From Antedon mediterranea (lineage: Eukaryota; Animalia; Echinodermata), in NCBI RefSeq assembly GCF_964355755.1, contig NC_092674.1, forward strand, positions 17,608,001 through 17,672,000: 64,000 bases of DNA, in the 5' to 3' direction. Position numbers and translations under genes: made by a program. Below are positions 38,208-51,306 of this stretch, piece after piece (within the stretch, counting starts at the first letter, position 1; each line of letters begins with the position of its first letter). The notes under the pieces are model-generated. The model was not told where the DNA came from. It searched no databases and saw only the letters and a list, made by a program, of their open reading frames with translations.

Positions 38208-38358
38208 GCACGTAAATACATACAGACATCGACCCCAATTTTACATACAGACATCGACTCGTTTTTAAGTAAAGATATCGACCCGTTTTTAAGTACAGAT
38301 ATCTCCCCGTTTTTAAGTACAGATATCTCCCCGTTTTAAGGGCAGATATCTCCCCGGT
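38208..38358 (-). repeat. Short inverted block of the 21-bp satellite
   Basis: ACAGACATCGACCCCAATTTTAC units grade into AGATATCTCCCCGTTTTTAAGT. Confidence 0.85.
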
Positions 38359-38887
38359 TTTAATGGCCAGGTGCGCACAAAAAATTTCTATTGATCATAC
38401 ATTACAATAATTATCGATCTATAGCTTCCCCTATGTTTCATATTTTTTGGGATTTTATTTGTGTTACACAAGCTTGTTGAAAATAAGCACTTTCTTATCA
38501 GTGGGGTGATAGTTCAAATTACACAGTAAAATCTCTATTCTTCTATACACAAATGTTGTAAATAAAGAGGCATTTTAAAAAACTATTAAAAATAAACGGC
38601 GTGGTAAAAAATGTTATCAGATGACTAAATATAGGTAATATATGTAAAACGAACTGTGGTCGAGCACGGACGTGTTTTGTTCGAGCTCTGTACTTTACTA
38701 TTTTTCCTTGTTTTCGACTGAGCTGAATCTGGTCTAACTACAAACTTTGATGTTTATGATCTGTTTAAGACTGTGCTGTAGTTAATTTTACTGGTGTTTG
38801 ACTGTTTTGTGAGTTTTTCTGTGTTTTTCTGTTACTTTAAAACACTAGCGTTGCACGTTATATTCTGGGCTTCTGAAACACCCGCTG

Positions 38888-40847
38888 TTGGCCATTTTTC
38901 GAAAATTTCCCTGTGGGGGACCATAGGACTTTTTTTCTAAAAATGGTCAAAATTTCCATTCTTTAAAATTAAAAAATTATGCTTAACATCATCTTATAGA
39001 GCCATAGTAACTAGTTATGTCAAAAAATAAAAGGGTCGAAATTTCGCAATTTTTGCGAAAATTTCCCTGCGGGGGACCATAAGAATTTTTTCGAAAAATT
39101 GCAAAAATTTTGAATTTTTAAAATTCTATAATTAGGCTATAATATTGCCATTTATGCACATATATTGTGTTAACATCATCTTATAGAGCCATAGTAACTA
39201 GTTATGTCAGGAAATAAAAGGGTCGATATTTGGGCATTTTTCGAAAAATTTCCCTGCGGGGGACCATAGGATTTTTTTTCGAAAAATGGTCAAAATTTCC
39301 ATTGTTTAAAATTCAAAAATTATGCTATAATATTGCCATTTATGCAAATATATTGTGCTAACATCATCTTATAGAGCCATAGTAACTAGTTATGTCAAAA
39401 AATAAAAGGGTCGAAAAATGGAAAAATTTTCCACTTTTTAAAATTCAATAATTATGCTATAATATTGCCATTTATGCACATATATTGTGTTAACATCATC
39501 TTATTGAGCCATAGTAACAAGTTATGTCTAAAAATAAAAGGGTCGAAATTTGGCCATTTATCGACAATTTCCCTGAAGGGGACTACAGGGATTTTTTTCG
39601 AAAAGTTCCCAAATTTCCACTTTTCAAAATTCAATAATTATGCTATAATATTGCCATTTATGCACATATATTGTGTTAACATCATCTTATAGAGCCATAG
39701 TAACTAGTTAAGTCAAAAAATAAAAGGGTCGAAATTTGGTCATTTTTAGAAGATTTTTCTGCGGGGGACCATAGGATTTTTTTTCGAAAAATGGCGAAAA
39801 TTGACACTTTTTAAAATTCGAAAATTATGCTATAATATTGCCATTTATGCAAATATATTGTGCTAACATCATCTTATACAGCCAGAGTAACTAGTTAAGC
39901 CAAAAAATAAAAGGATCGAAATTTGGCTATTTTTTTCGAAAATTTTCCTGCAGGGGACCACAGGAATTTTTTCAAAATATAACCAGAATTCCCACCTTTT
40001 AAAATTCAATAATTAGACTATAATATTGCCATTTATGCACATATTGTGTTAACATCATCTTATAGAGCCATAGTAACTAGTTATGTCAAAAAACAAAAGG
40101 TTTGAAATTTGGCAATTTTTGAAAATTTTCCTGCGAGGGACCATAGGAATTTTTGTGAAAAATGGCAAAAATTTCCACTTTTTAAAATTCGAAAAATTAT
40201 GCTATAATATTGCCATTTATGCACATATATTGTGCTAACATCATCTTATAGAGCCATAGCAACTAGTTATGTCATGAAATAAAAGGGTCGACATTTTGCC
40301 ATTTTTGGGAAAATTTCCCTGGAGGGTACAATAGGAATTTTTTCGAAAAATGACTAAAATTTACAATTTTTAAAATTCAAAAATTATGCTATAATATTGC
40401 CATTTATGCACATATATTGTGTTAACATCATCAAATTTCCATTGTTTAAGATTAAAAAATTACGCTATAGTATTGCCATTTATGGAAATAGCAAATATAT
40501 TGTGCTAACATCATCTTATAGAGCCAGAGTAACTATAGTTATCTCAAAAAATAAAATGGTTGAAATTTGGCCATTTTTGGGAAAATTTCCCTGGAGGGGA
40601 CAATAGGAATTTTTTCGAAAAATCACTAAAATTTACAATTTTTAAAATTCAAAAATTATGCTATAATATTGCCATTTATGCACATATATTGTGTTGACAT
40701 CATCTTATAGAGCCATCGTAACTAGTTATGTCAAAAAATAAAATGGTTGAAAACTGGCCATTTTTCGAAAATTTCCCTGCGGGGACCATGTGACTTTTTT
40801 TCAAAAAATGGTTAAAATTTCCATTCTTTAAAATTAAAAAATAATTA
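38888..40847 (+). repeat. ~186-bp repeat family A array, forward
   Basis: Same unit as at 22387; each unit has an internal inverted repeat GCCATTTTTCGAAAAA..TTTTTCGAAAAATGGC. Confidence 0.92.
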
Positions 40848-40939
40848 TGTGAAAAGTTTCATCGAAATGCTCAAAATGGTCTAAAACGGTTTCTAATGTG
40901 ATTTTAGCACTTTGATGTTTTTGTGTAACCAAATTTCAT

Positions 40940-42112
40940 TAACTAGCTCTATAAGATGATGTTAGAAAAATATAATGTGTATAAATGGCAATATTATAGC
41001 ATAATTATTTAATTTTAAAAAGTGGAAAATGTTGCCATTTTTCAACCCTTTTATTTTTTTGACATAACTAGTTGCTATGTCTCTATAAGATGATGTTAGC
41101 ACAATATATTTGCATAAATGGCAATATTATAGCATAATTTTCGAATTTTAAAAAAGTGGAAATTTTCTCTATTTTTCGAAAAAAAATTCCTATGGACCCC
41201 CGCAGGGAAATTTTAGGAAAATGTCCAAATTTCGACCCTTTTATTTTTTGACATAACTAGTTACTATGGCTCTATAAGATGATGTTAGCAAAATATATCT
41301 GTATAAATGGCAATATTATAGCATAATTTTCGAATTTTGAAAAGTGGAAATTTTGATATAATTCGTTACTATGACGTTATAAGATGATGTTAGCAAAATA
41401 TATCTGTATAAATGGCAATATTATAGCATAATTATTTAATTTTAAAAAGTGCAAAATGTTGCCATTTTTCGACCCTTTTATTTTTTTGACATAACTAGTT
41501 GCTATGTCTCTATAAGATGATGTTAGCACAATATATGTGCATAAATGGCAATATTATAGCATAATTATTGAATTTTAAAATGTGGAAATTTTTGCCATTT
41601 TTCGAAAAAATTCCTATGATCCCCTGCAGGAAATTTTTCGAAAAATGGCCAAATTTCAACCATTTTATTTTTTGACATAGCTCTATAATATGATGTTAGC
41701 AAAATATAGCTGTATAAATGGCAACATTGTAGCATAATTTTCGAATTTTGAAAAGTGGAAATTTTAGCCATTTTGTGAAAAAATTCCGCAGGGAAATTTT
41801 TGCAAAAATTGCCAAATTTCAAACCTTTTATTTTTTGACATAACTAGTTACTATGGCTCTATAAGATGATGTTAGCACAATATATGTGCATAAATGGCAA
41901 TATTATAGCATAATTTTTGAATTTCAAAAAGTGAAAATTTTGGCAATTTTTGGAAAAAATTCCTATGGTCCCCCGCAGCGAAATTTTCGAAAAATTGCCA
42001 AATTTCGACCCATTTATAATTTGACATAACTAGTTACGATGACTCTATAAGATGATTCTAACACAATATATTTGCATAAATGCCAATATAATAGCATAAT
42101 TATTGAATTTTT
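40940..42112 (-). repeat. Family A array, reverse orientation
   Basis: GACATAACTAGTTACTATGGCTCTATAAGATGATGTTAGC units; separated from the forward array by one family-B unit (40848-40939). Confidence 0.92.
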
Positions 42113-43500
42113 TAGAGTTTTAGACCATTTTGTGCATGTCGATAAAACTTTTCACACAAAAACATCAAAGTGCACAAAATAGCTTAATATCGTATTTGAA
42201 AGCGTTTTAGACCATTTTGAACATTTCGACAATATTTTTTCACACAAAATATCAAGGTGTACAGAATAGCTTCAAATTGCATTTGGAGACGTTTTAGACC
42301 ATTTTGTGCATTTCGAAAAAATTTGTTAACATAAAAAGGCCAAAGTGCTTAGAATATCTTCAAATCGCATTTGGGGACGTTTTAGACCATTATGTGCATT
42401 TCGATGAAAATCACATTTAAAACCGTTTTAGAGCATGTTTGAGCATTTCGATAAAACTTTTCACACAAAAACATCAAAGTGCACAAAATAGCTTCAAATT
42501 GCATTTGGAGACGTTTTAGACCATTTTGTGCATTTCGATGGAACTTGGTTACACAAAAACATCAAAGTGCTTAAAATCACATTTAAAACCGTTTTAGAGC
42601 ATTTTGAGCATTTCGTTAAAACTTTTCACACACAAATATCAAAGTGCACAAAATAGCTTAATATCGTATTTGAAAGCGTTTTAGACCATTTTGATCATTT
42701 CGACAAAACTTTTTCACACAAAATATCAAAGTGTACAGAATAGCTTCAAATTGCATTTGGAGACGTTTTAGACCATTTTGTACATTTCGATGGAACTTGG
42801 TTACACAAAAACATCAAAGTGCTTAAAATCACATTTAAACCGTTTTAGAGCATTTTGAGCATTCGATAAAACTTTTCACACAAAAACATCAAAGTGCACA
42901 AAATAGCTTCAAATCGCATTTAGAGACGTTTTAGACCATTTTGAGCATTTCGATAAAACTTTTTATACAAAAACATCCAAGTGCACAAAATAACTTAATA
43001 TCGTATTTGAAAATGTTTTAGACCATTTTGAGCAATTCGACAAAACTTTTTCACATAAAACTTCAAAGTGCTTAGAATAGCTTCAAATCGCATATAGAGA
43101 CGTTTTAGACCATTTTGTGATTTTTGAAAAAACGTGTTAACATAAAAAAAACCAAAGTGCTTAGAAATGCTTCAAAGCGCATTTGGAGACGTTTTAGACC
43201 ATTTTGTGAATTTCGATGAATCTTAGTTACACAAAAACTTCAAAGTGCTTATAATCACATTTGAAACCGTTTTAGACCATTTTGAGCATTTCGATAAAAC
43301 TTTTCACACACAAAATAATATCAAAGTATACAAAATAGCTTAATATCGTATTTGAAAGCGTTTTAGACTATTTTCAGCATTTCGACAAAACTTTTTCACA
43401 CAAAATATCAAAGTGTACAGAATAGCTTCAAATTGCATTTGGAGACGTTTTAGACCATTTTGTGCATTTCGAAAAAATTTGTTAACATAAAAAGACCAAA
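42113..43500 (-). repeat. Family B array, reverse orientation
   Basis: CGTTTTAGACCATTTTG..AAACATCAAAGTG units, the reverse complement of 22840-23790. Confidence 0.92.
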
Positions 43501-46173
43501 GGCCGGTATTCATGAAAGGGGACTATCTTTAGTCCAGGACTAAGGATAATCCTGGACTATCCTTGATATGGTATTCATGAAACCTGGACTAAATAGTCCT
43601 GGATTAAGCCATAGAAAATTACAGCAGCTAGGTGGTCCATGATGTTTCCTTTTAAACTTGTTCTAAACACGCTAGCATTGCAATCGCGTACTACGCGTCC
43701 AGGGTATAATTTACCCTGCACAAGTTCAACTAGAGGTCAGATTATAGGTTCTGCACACACAGTACGTGTACACGTGTGACAGATGCCTGATGAATAAATA
43801 GTAACATAAAACAACTAATTTTGCCATTAAACCAGAAGCATACAGGTAAATGAAATTATTGGAAAACAAAGTAAGTCTTGAATATTTAAAGAAGACTCTT
43901 GTGTAATTTTATTTGAATTTCATTTCAAGAAATTGGATTTTAAGGCAAACTTCAGGCCTAGCTAGCCTAGGCCTACCTTGTTGGCCTAGGCCTAGCCTAC
44001 CTCTCTCTAGGCCTGTAAACTAGGCCTAGCCTAGGCGCAACTACTATCTAGGCCTAGTATTCCCACCCACTATTCTAGTCCTAGGCCTACACTAGTTTCA
44101 CTAAAACTATGGCCTATTACCTAGCCTAGGCCTAGTTCCAGTAGTAACTACTGTCTACCTACTCTTTAGATCTAGACTAGCCTACTAACTAGCTAACTAC
44201 AAGGCCTATATTTATTATTATATATATAGGAGGATTATAGGCAGACTCCTACTACTGCTACTAGTTCTAGCCTAGGCTTAGCTAGTAGTACTACTAATCT
44301 TGTCCTTTTTTATATTTTTTTTAAAAAATGGGTTCATCATTTGTTATTATTAGTTGATCTGTTACAGTAGGTTGATTCATAATAATAATAATATGATGAT
44401 TAAATTTAAAAAAATAGGCCTAACCTAGCTAACTGCAACCTTGCCTATCTAGTTCCTACTACTAGACTAGAGTAATAGCCTGCCTTCTACTAGCTACTGG
44501 CCAGGGTAGTCTCTCCTGGTAGTAGGCATAACAATAACATGCATTATTTAATTGAAGATCTGTGTTCAATAAGATTTACAATGAGATATCACATTTAAAT
44601 AGTGCACTACATTTTATATATAATAATTTCAAATGTTTTATTTGTTTTTTTGTTAAATGGTGAATCTAGCATATAGTATGCATGATGACCATAATTCAAG
44701 GGGCCCTCATATAAATACATAAAACAAACAAATAAATATAGCAAAGCAAACAAAAAACAGAGAAATAAGAAAAATATGTTCAAAAGAAATATTGATTAAA
44801 AAGTAATTTCACAGGAAAATATAAAAAAAAAACAATAATACAGTTACTAATTTCCAATATTTATTGTAAATTTCCTCTTTTTTTTATCTACACAGATTTT
44901 CAAGTTAGCAAGGCATCAACATTGTTTAAATACTGTTATTATACTACTATTTTCATTGTTGTAGCTGTGATTGCAAAATTATCACAGAGTATAAACTGGC
45001 TCGACTGCAGAATTGAGAATCGGACATAAATAATTGAAGACATGATGACCCTCTTTAAGTATAAACAAAACTGTTTTGATGACAATTGTATATATTATGT
45101 ATTTCAGTCACAAATTATTTATCTAAATAAAAATTGAACAGAATTCTGTGATCTGAACATGAATGTACATGCTGACAAAACTACAGTAATAATATGGTAT
45201 TTTAATTTATTTATTTACTGTTTTTGAATAAAACAATACAGTAATTTAAAAAGTTTCATTTGTTGTTTTTATATGGATATTCTTATTTTCATTTATTACT
45301 ACACAAGTATAACTTGCTATACAATTGTTTTTGGTAGTCCTGTTTCTCTCTGCATGATTATTGCGCTCCATCCAGGTTTGTTAGCAATTGTATCTAAAAA
45401 AAAATTAATAATGTTAAATTGTAATACATCCAAACACAGTACGGATAATAGCGGTAGACGATAGACAATCTTTAGCCCTGGCCAACAAAAACTTTAGGCT
45501 TATAAGCCTAGATAATTTGTCACAATTATACTCCACTCCATTTTTTTTTCAATAATACCGCTTAACTTAATATGATGAAAATATCCAGAAATCAGGCCTT
45601 CCTAGATACCTATGCAGTGGGTGGATCCAGGATTTTTTGATTCAATCCCCCACCCACCTTGTGTAGTTTGCAGGATGCAATTTTTTTAGACAATTTATTA
45701 ATACATTTTAAATATTTGTCTTTATCTTATTACCTTACATGACCAACAGCATCATTCCATGTAGCCTAAGAGGACGGTAGTCGAGGAGGCATATAATATT
45801 GACCAGATATGTGTTCAGCAGTCTAGTAAACCAATAGAAAAATAAATGAAATTAAACTATATTATCTAAAAAATATTGAAAGTATTCCTAGCCTAGGCCT
45901 ATTTACATTAAATTATGCCAAATTAAAATTAATTCAACAGGTTGTATGTAAATTGTTTTATTTTTATCTTACCTTACCTGACCAGCAGCATTCCATGTAA
46001 CTAGGACAGTAGTGGAGGCATATAATATTAACCTGACATTTTTCTTCAGCTGTCTAAACCAAATAGAAAAATAAATGATATTAAAATATATACATCTATT
46101 ATTACTACTAACTATTTATTAGCCTAGGTCTATTACATTTCGACACAATGTAGTTGATATGGGGTTAAAAAGG

Positions 46174-46294
46174 TGTGATGTATCATACACATGACTCAGG
46201 CTCGGTATCCATTTTATAGAGAGAGATTGCTTTAATGAACAACAGAGGGCGGCATAACTATTTACAGTATGATATATGTGGTCAATACACTACA
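46174..46294 (-). repeat. 3' LTR
   Basis: Direct repeat of 50452-50572. Confidence 0.97.
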
Positions 46295-46499
46295 ATTTTT
46301 CCCCTTTAGATTCAATGGTAATAACATTTTAAATAGCATTAAGCTTTAAGGTATATTGCTCGTTATAAGATTTATTTTTTTTTTTTTAAACTGTTCTGAT
46401 AATAAAGTGTTTCAATCTCAAGTGTCCGTAGTCTCATTATTTATATTGTTATCATTATGATTATTGTTAACTGTATTGAGTTATGTCTAAAGGTCCATT

Positions 46500-49400
46500 A
46501 TAAATCAAGTCTGTTAGGTGGTTTCCTGTTCCTCTGTGGGTATCTCCTTGGTGGTGGTTGTTGTGGAATCTCAACTGGTTGTTGTATTTCCGGTGGTGGT
46601 GTTGGTGTTGCTGAGATAGCTGGTTCTAAATAAACAGGATCTATATCTGGAGGTGTCTCTAGATCTAGTGTTAAGCCACTGCTAGGATTTGATCAATGTG
46701 TCTTTTCCAAATCATGTCTGGTCCAACTTTGACTTCATATGACAACTTTCCAGTTTTCCTATGAATAATTCCAACTATCCACTTCTGACTCTTTGATCTA
46801 TAGTCACGAACACACACTTTGTCTCCTTCTTTGAATTCTCTAAGCTTCTTTTCGCTAGTTGGTTTTCTCTGGCTTTCCTGGTTATTTTCAACTTTTTGAC
46901 GTAAGTCAGGTATAATGCAATCTAGTCTGGTGCGTAGTTGTCTTCCAATAAACATCATTGCTGGAGATATTCCAGTTGTGTTGTGTTGGGCATTTCTATA
47001 TGCTAATAGAAAGTTTGCAAGTTTTTGTTTTGTGTCGTTTCCTTCTTTTGCCGATTTGAGTGCTCCTTTAAATGATTGCACAAAACGTTCTGCTAACCCA
47101 TTGGTTGCTGGGTGGTATGGTGCTGATTTGATGTGTCTAATACCATTATTCTTGAGAAACATTTCAAATTCTTCTGACACAAATTGCGGACCATTGTCCG
47201 ATACCAACTGCTTTGGTAGTCCATACCTCGCAAATAAATCACGCAACAGAGTTATTGATTTGCTTGATGTTGCTGTGGTCGTAGGCAATACCTCAGGCCA
47301 CTTGGATTGTGCATCCACAACTACCAGATACATTATGTTGTTTATTGGTCCCGCATAGTCGATGTGGATACGTTCCCACGGACTGCTCGGCCACTGCCAT
47401 GGATGTAGGGGTGCTTTCTGAGGTTCATGCAGTGTCTTTTGGCATCCACTACAGGTTTTTGCTAATTTCTCTATGTCAGCATCCACTCTCGGCCACCAAA
47501 CATAGCTCCTTGCCAAGGACTTCATTTTTACAATGCCCAAATGTCCTTCATGTAACTCGTCAAGTACTCTTGCTCTGAATTTTGGTGGAACAATGATTCG
47601 CGTACCCCATAGCAAACATCCATCAAAAATTGACAGTTCATCACGTCGTCTATGGAATGGTTCAAAATCCGGATCACAGCTCTTAGGCCAACCCTTCATT
47701 GTGTAATCATACACCTTTGACATTGTTGGGTTGTGTAATGTCTCAATCTTGACCTGGGCACTTGTTACAGGAAGTGGTTGAAACTGCATAGTGTGAAACA
47801 CCTCAACCGGATTCTCAGCATTAGCTTCAGTATTTGCTAATGGTAGTCGTGAAAGTCCATCTACATTTTTGTGGTTTTCACCTTTCTTGTATTCAATCTC
47901 GTAATTGAATCCTGACAAGTAAATTGCCTGGCGAGTTAATCTTGCAGCTGCTGTGGCAGGAATAGCCCTCGATGTATTGAAGATGTACGTAAGTGGTTTA
48001 TTGTCTGTAACTAAGGTGAACTTTCGACCAATCAAGTAACTGGTAAATTTCTTTACTCCCCATACTATGCCAAGAGCTTCCTTATCAATGTGAGAGTAAT
48101 TCTTCTCCGCTGCGCTCAAGGTCCTCGATGCATAGGCGATTGGTCGTTCGACTCCATCAATGTTGTGTGACAATATGGCTCCTAAGCCATATGGAGAAGC
48201 ATCTGTAGCTAGCTTAACAGGCAATGTTGAGTCATAATGTGTTAACACATTATCTGCAGTCACAAGTTGTTTGGCTTTATTAAACGCCATCTCGCAATCC
48301 TTTGTCCATGTCCATTTTTCCTTTTTCTCTAACAGTTTATTCAACGGATGAATTTCTGTAGCTAAGTCTTTCAGGAATCGATGGTAATAGTTGATCAATC
48401 CCAAGAATGATCTGAGTTCACTTACGGTTGTAGGTTTGGGAGCATTTCTAACAGCTTCAATCTTGTCCTCAGTTTTATGTAATCCATTTTTATCTATCAC
48501 ATGACCACAAAAAACGACCTTTTCTTTGAAGAATTCACACTTCTTGTCATTGAGGCACAGTCCTCTATCACTGAGAACCTTTAATACTTTTTCTAGATTC
48601 CTTAAATGTTCTTCATGAGTAGTGCCAGTAATAATCATGTCGTCAAGTAGACACTGGACTCCCGGAATACCATTCAGGATTTGTTCCATGGTCCGCTGCC
48701 ATATGGCAGTAGCAGATGCAATGCCATACGCTAGTCAATTAAACTGGAATAGCCCTTTGTGTGTATTTATGGTCAGTATGTTTCTGGATTCTTCTTCCAT
48801 CTCTAAATGTAAATATGCTTGTTTCAAATCTAGTTTGGTGAACTTCTGTCCACCCGCTAAGGTTGCGAAAACATCCTCGATTCTTGGAAGAGGGTAGCAG
48901 TCCACTTTTAACTTTGGATTTACTGTAACTTTGTAGTCTCCACACAACCTGACATCTCCATTACTTTTTGGTACAGGCACTATTGGGGTTGCCCAATCAC
49001 TAGTTTGAATCGGGGTGATGATTCCCTGACTCTCGAGGTTCCTTAATTCGGCTTCAACTGCAGGTCGAAGTGCATATGGTACATTCCTTGCCTTAATAAA
49101 AACTGGTTGTGCTCCATCCTGTAAGGTAAGTTTACCTTTTACCCCATTCACCTTTCCAATTTTGTTAAAGAGTTTTGGAAATTTATTCAGTATTGCTGGT
49201 ACATCAGCTTTGTTGTGGTCAGCCTTCACTGTGAAGATGCTGGCCCAGTCTAACTTGATATGTGTCAACCACTGACGACCAAACAACGGGGGTCCACCTC
49301 TTTCTACTACATATAGTTTTCCATCGTGTTTCTGTCCGTTGTATTCTACTTTGGCCTTCAAATACCCTTTTGTCTTTACTTCTTCTCCAGTATAAGTTCT

Positions 49401-50358
49401 AAGTTGAACTTTGGTCGGCAACAAGTCTGTATTCCTAAAATATTTCTCAAAATCTTCTGTCGAAATCAACGAGAGTGCACTGCCAGTATCCACTATCATG
49501 TCCAATGGGATATTATCTATCGTTGGTTTTATCTTCACTGATTTCCCAACGTCTACATTATTAACATACACCATGGCTAGAAGGTTGTCTTCTTCTTCAT
49601 CAACAACATTCACTCGCTTACCCTTCTTAGTTTGGTGTGGTGTTTGTTTTGATTTACTCCGGCATGCAGCCTTGATATGTCCCTTCTTTTTACAGTTATG
49701 GCACTCAACTTCTTTGTACCGGCAGTCGTTTGCCTTATGACCACCCTTGTTGCAGCGATAACATAATTGCTGCTTATTATAGTGTTTCACGTTTATCTTG
49801 TTCACAGTACTCTGTGGTTCTTCTTTAAACTGTTGTTGTAGTAGCGAAGCATCCTTCGTTGCAGTTTCCATAGCAACTGCCATTTGTAGCGCTTTCGCTA
49901 ATGTAAGCTTTGCCTCAGCCAACAGTCTTTTTTGTATACTGCCTGACCTAATTCCGCAAACAAGACGATCCCGCAGGGCGTCATTTAGCTGTGCTCCAAA
50001 TTCACAGTGTTTGGTGAGGCGTCGTAAATCCGCTAAATAGGCCTGGATTGTTTCACCTTTCATGCTGCTCACGTTTGTGAAACCTGAATCTTTCAGCTAT
50101 AACTAGAGGTTTAGGACTCAGATGCCTTTCCAACGAATCCACAAGTTCCGGAAATGTTTTGGTTGATGGTAAATCAGGTGCTACTAAGTTCTTCAGAAGA
50201 CCGTAAGTCTTAGGCCCTATCAAGCTGAGTAACGTAGGTACACGCTTGTCGTCATCCACGCCGTTTGCCATGAAATATGCCTCTAACCTTTCCACATAGG
50301 AGGCCCAGTCCTCTGCCTCGCCGTCATACGGATCGAGTCTACCAATTATAGTACTCAT
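46500..50358 (-). pseudogene. Disrupted gag-pol polyprotein of the Gypsy element
   Basis: Gag with two CCHC knuckles (CYRCNKGGHKANDC, CHNCKKKGHIKAAC), protease VDTGS, RT CLLDD, RNase H ATDAS, and integrase HHCC plus HIDY/SDNG/E. Lesions: frameshift ~50060, in-frame TGA at 48735-48737, frameshift ~46680 before the RRYPQRNRKPPNRLDL tail. Confidence 0.93.
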
Positions 50359-50437
50359 CTTAGCAGATTGTAGAATATTAACTATTGAATATTCTTACTC
50401 ACAGATTAATCTTCTTATTGACGCGCTTTCCGTTATA

Positions 50438-50449
50438 TTCTCGTCGCCA
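50438..50449 (-). promoter_or_regulatory. Primer-binding site (tRNA-Ser(GCT)-type)
   Basis: TGGCGACGAG is complementary to the ..CTCGTCG-CCA 3' end of eukaryotic tRNA-Ser(GCT). Confidence 0.75.
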
Positions 50450-50451
50450 AT

Positions 50452-50572
50452 TGTGATGTATCATACACATGACTCAGGCTCGGTATCCATTTTATAGAGA
50501 GAGATTGCTTTAATGAACAACAGAGGGCGGCATAACTATTTACAGTATGATGTATGTGGTCAATACACTACA
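50452..50572 (-). repeat. 5' LTR
   Basis: Direct repeat of 46174-46294, adjacent to the PBS. Confidence 0.97.
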
Positions 50573-51306
50573 AAAGGCATCGCCTAAACTTTCCCATTAT
50601 AACTAAACTAAACTAAACTATGCCAAATTAAAATTAATTCAACAGGATGCCCTATGTATGTGAATTGATCCAATATTTTGAAAATACCTAACACTGCATT
50701 CATTCCAGTCTAGGCCTAGACAAGGCTAACTAAGTAATACAATGTATGCCTACAATAGAATAAGACTACTGTTTACTGACTACCTGAAGTAGGGCCTTGC
50801 AATGCCCACCGACTCAGCCAATGGCATAGCTTAAATAGGCTTTTAGACTGCGGTCTAGCTAGCTAGGCTATATCCCTCTAGCATCATTTTAAACAAAAAT
50901 GTTAATAATGTAAAATCTATTACAAATTAAGATTATATATAATGTGATTTACATCTTTAAATAAGTTAAATGTGCGCTTAATGAAGAACAAATCATTTTA
51001 ACACTAGAAGTATAGGGTGGTTTCTAGGCAATATCGCCCTAGGCAAGCGATGTCAGAATTAAAGCTGTGGGCCTAGCTTTTGGGCCTAGATTAAACACAC
51101 TAAATTAACTTACTAAACATAATTTTTTTACTTTCTAAAGTACTTTATTATATTAAATATATGTTGTAATTACTAATTTGATACAAATAAAAATGATTAT
51201 TATTATTTTGCTTCTTAAATACCGTTTTAAAGTTGTCACATTTGTAACCTACCTTACCTCAGGCCGCCATTTTTTTCGAGCTATTCTTGAGATAGTCCAG
51301 GACTAA

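Larger units (their letters stand above)
46174..50572 (-). mobile_element. Full-length Ty3/Gypsy LTR retrotransposon (Mag-like)
   Basis: 121-bp TG..CA LTRs at 46174-46294 and 50452-50572 with 1 mismatch, AAAGG TSD on both sides, PBS TGGCGACGAG next to the 5' LTR, PPT AAAGGGGAAAAAA next to the 3' LTR, and gag-PR-RT-RH-INT order. Confidence 0.97.
43501..51306. mobile_element. Harbinger-like DNA element with an intact left terminus and a truncated right terminus
   Basis: Starts abruptly in the B array with GGCCGGTATTCATGAAAG, similar to the MITE TIR CGCCCGTATTCTTAAAC, and has subterminal TAGTCCAGGACTA motifs. GATAGTCCAGGACTAA recurs at 51291-51306 in the orientation expected for the right end. 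No transposase was found. Confidence 0.55.

Noticed and set aside
38640-38885. Possible LINE 5' UTR (GGACGTGTTTT motif followed by T-rich sequence)
   Set aside because: A single short motif with no ORF1 following; not enough to call.
45615-45660. CAGTGG..GGATCCAGGATTTT resembling a hAT-MITE terminus
   Set aside because: No partner terminus or TSD was found.
46915-50040. Plus-strand ORFs overlapping the Gypsy pol
   Set aside because: Antisense shadows of the coding strand.
50359-50402. GTGAGT..AG mini-intron just before the gag ATG
   Set aside because: Only 44 nt with a weak pyrimidine tract; unsupported without transcripts.
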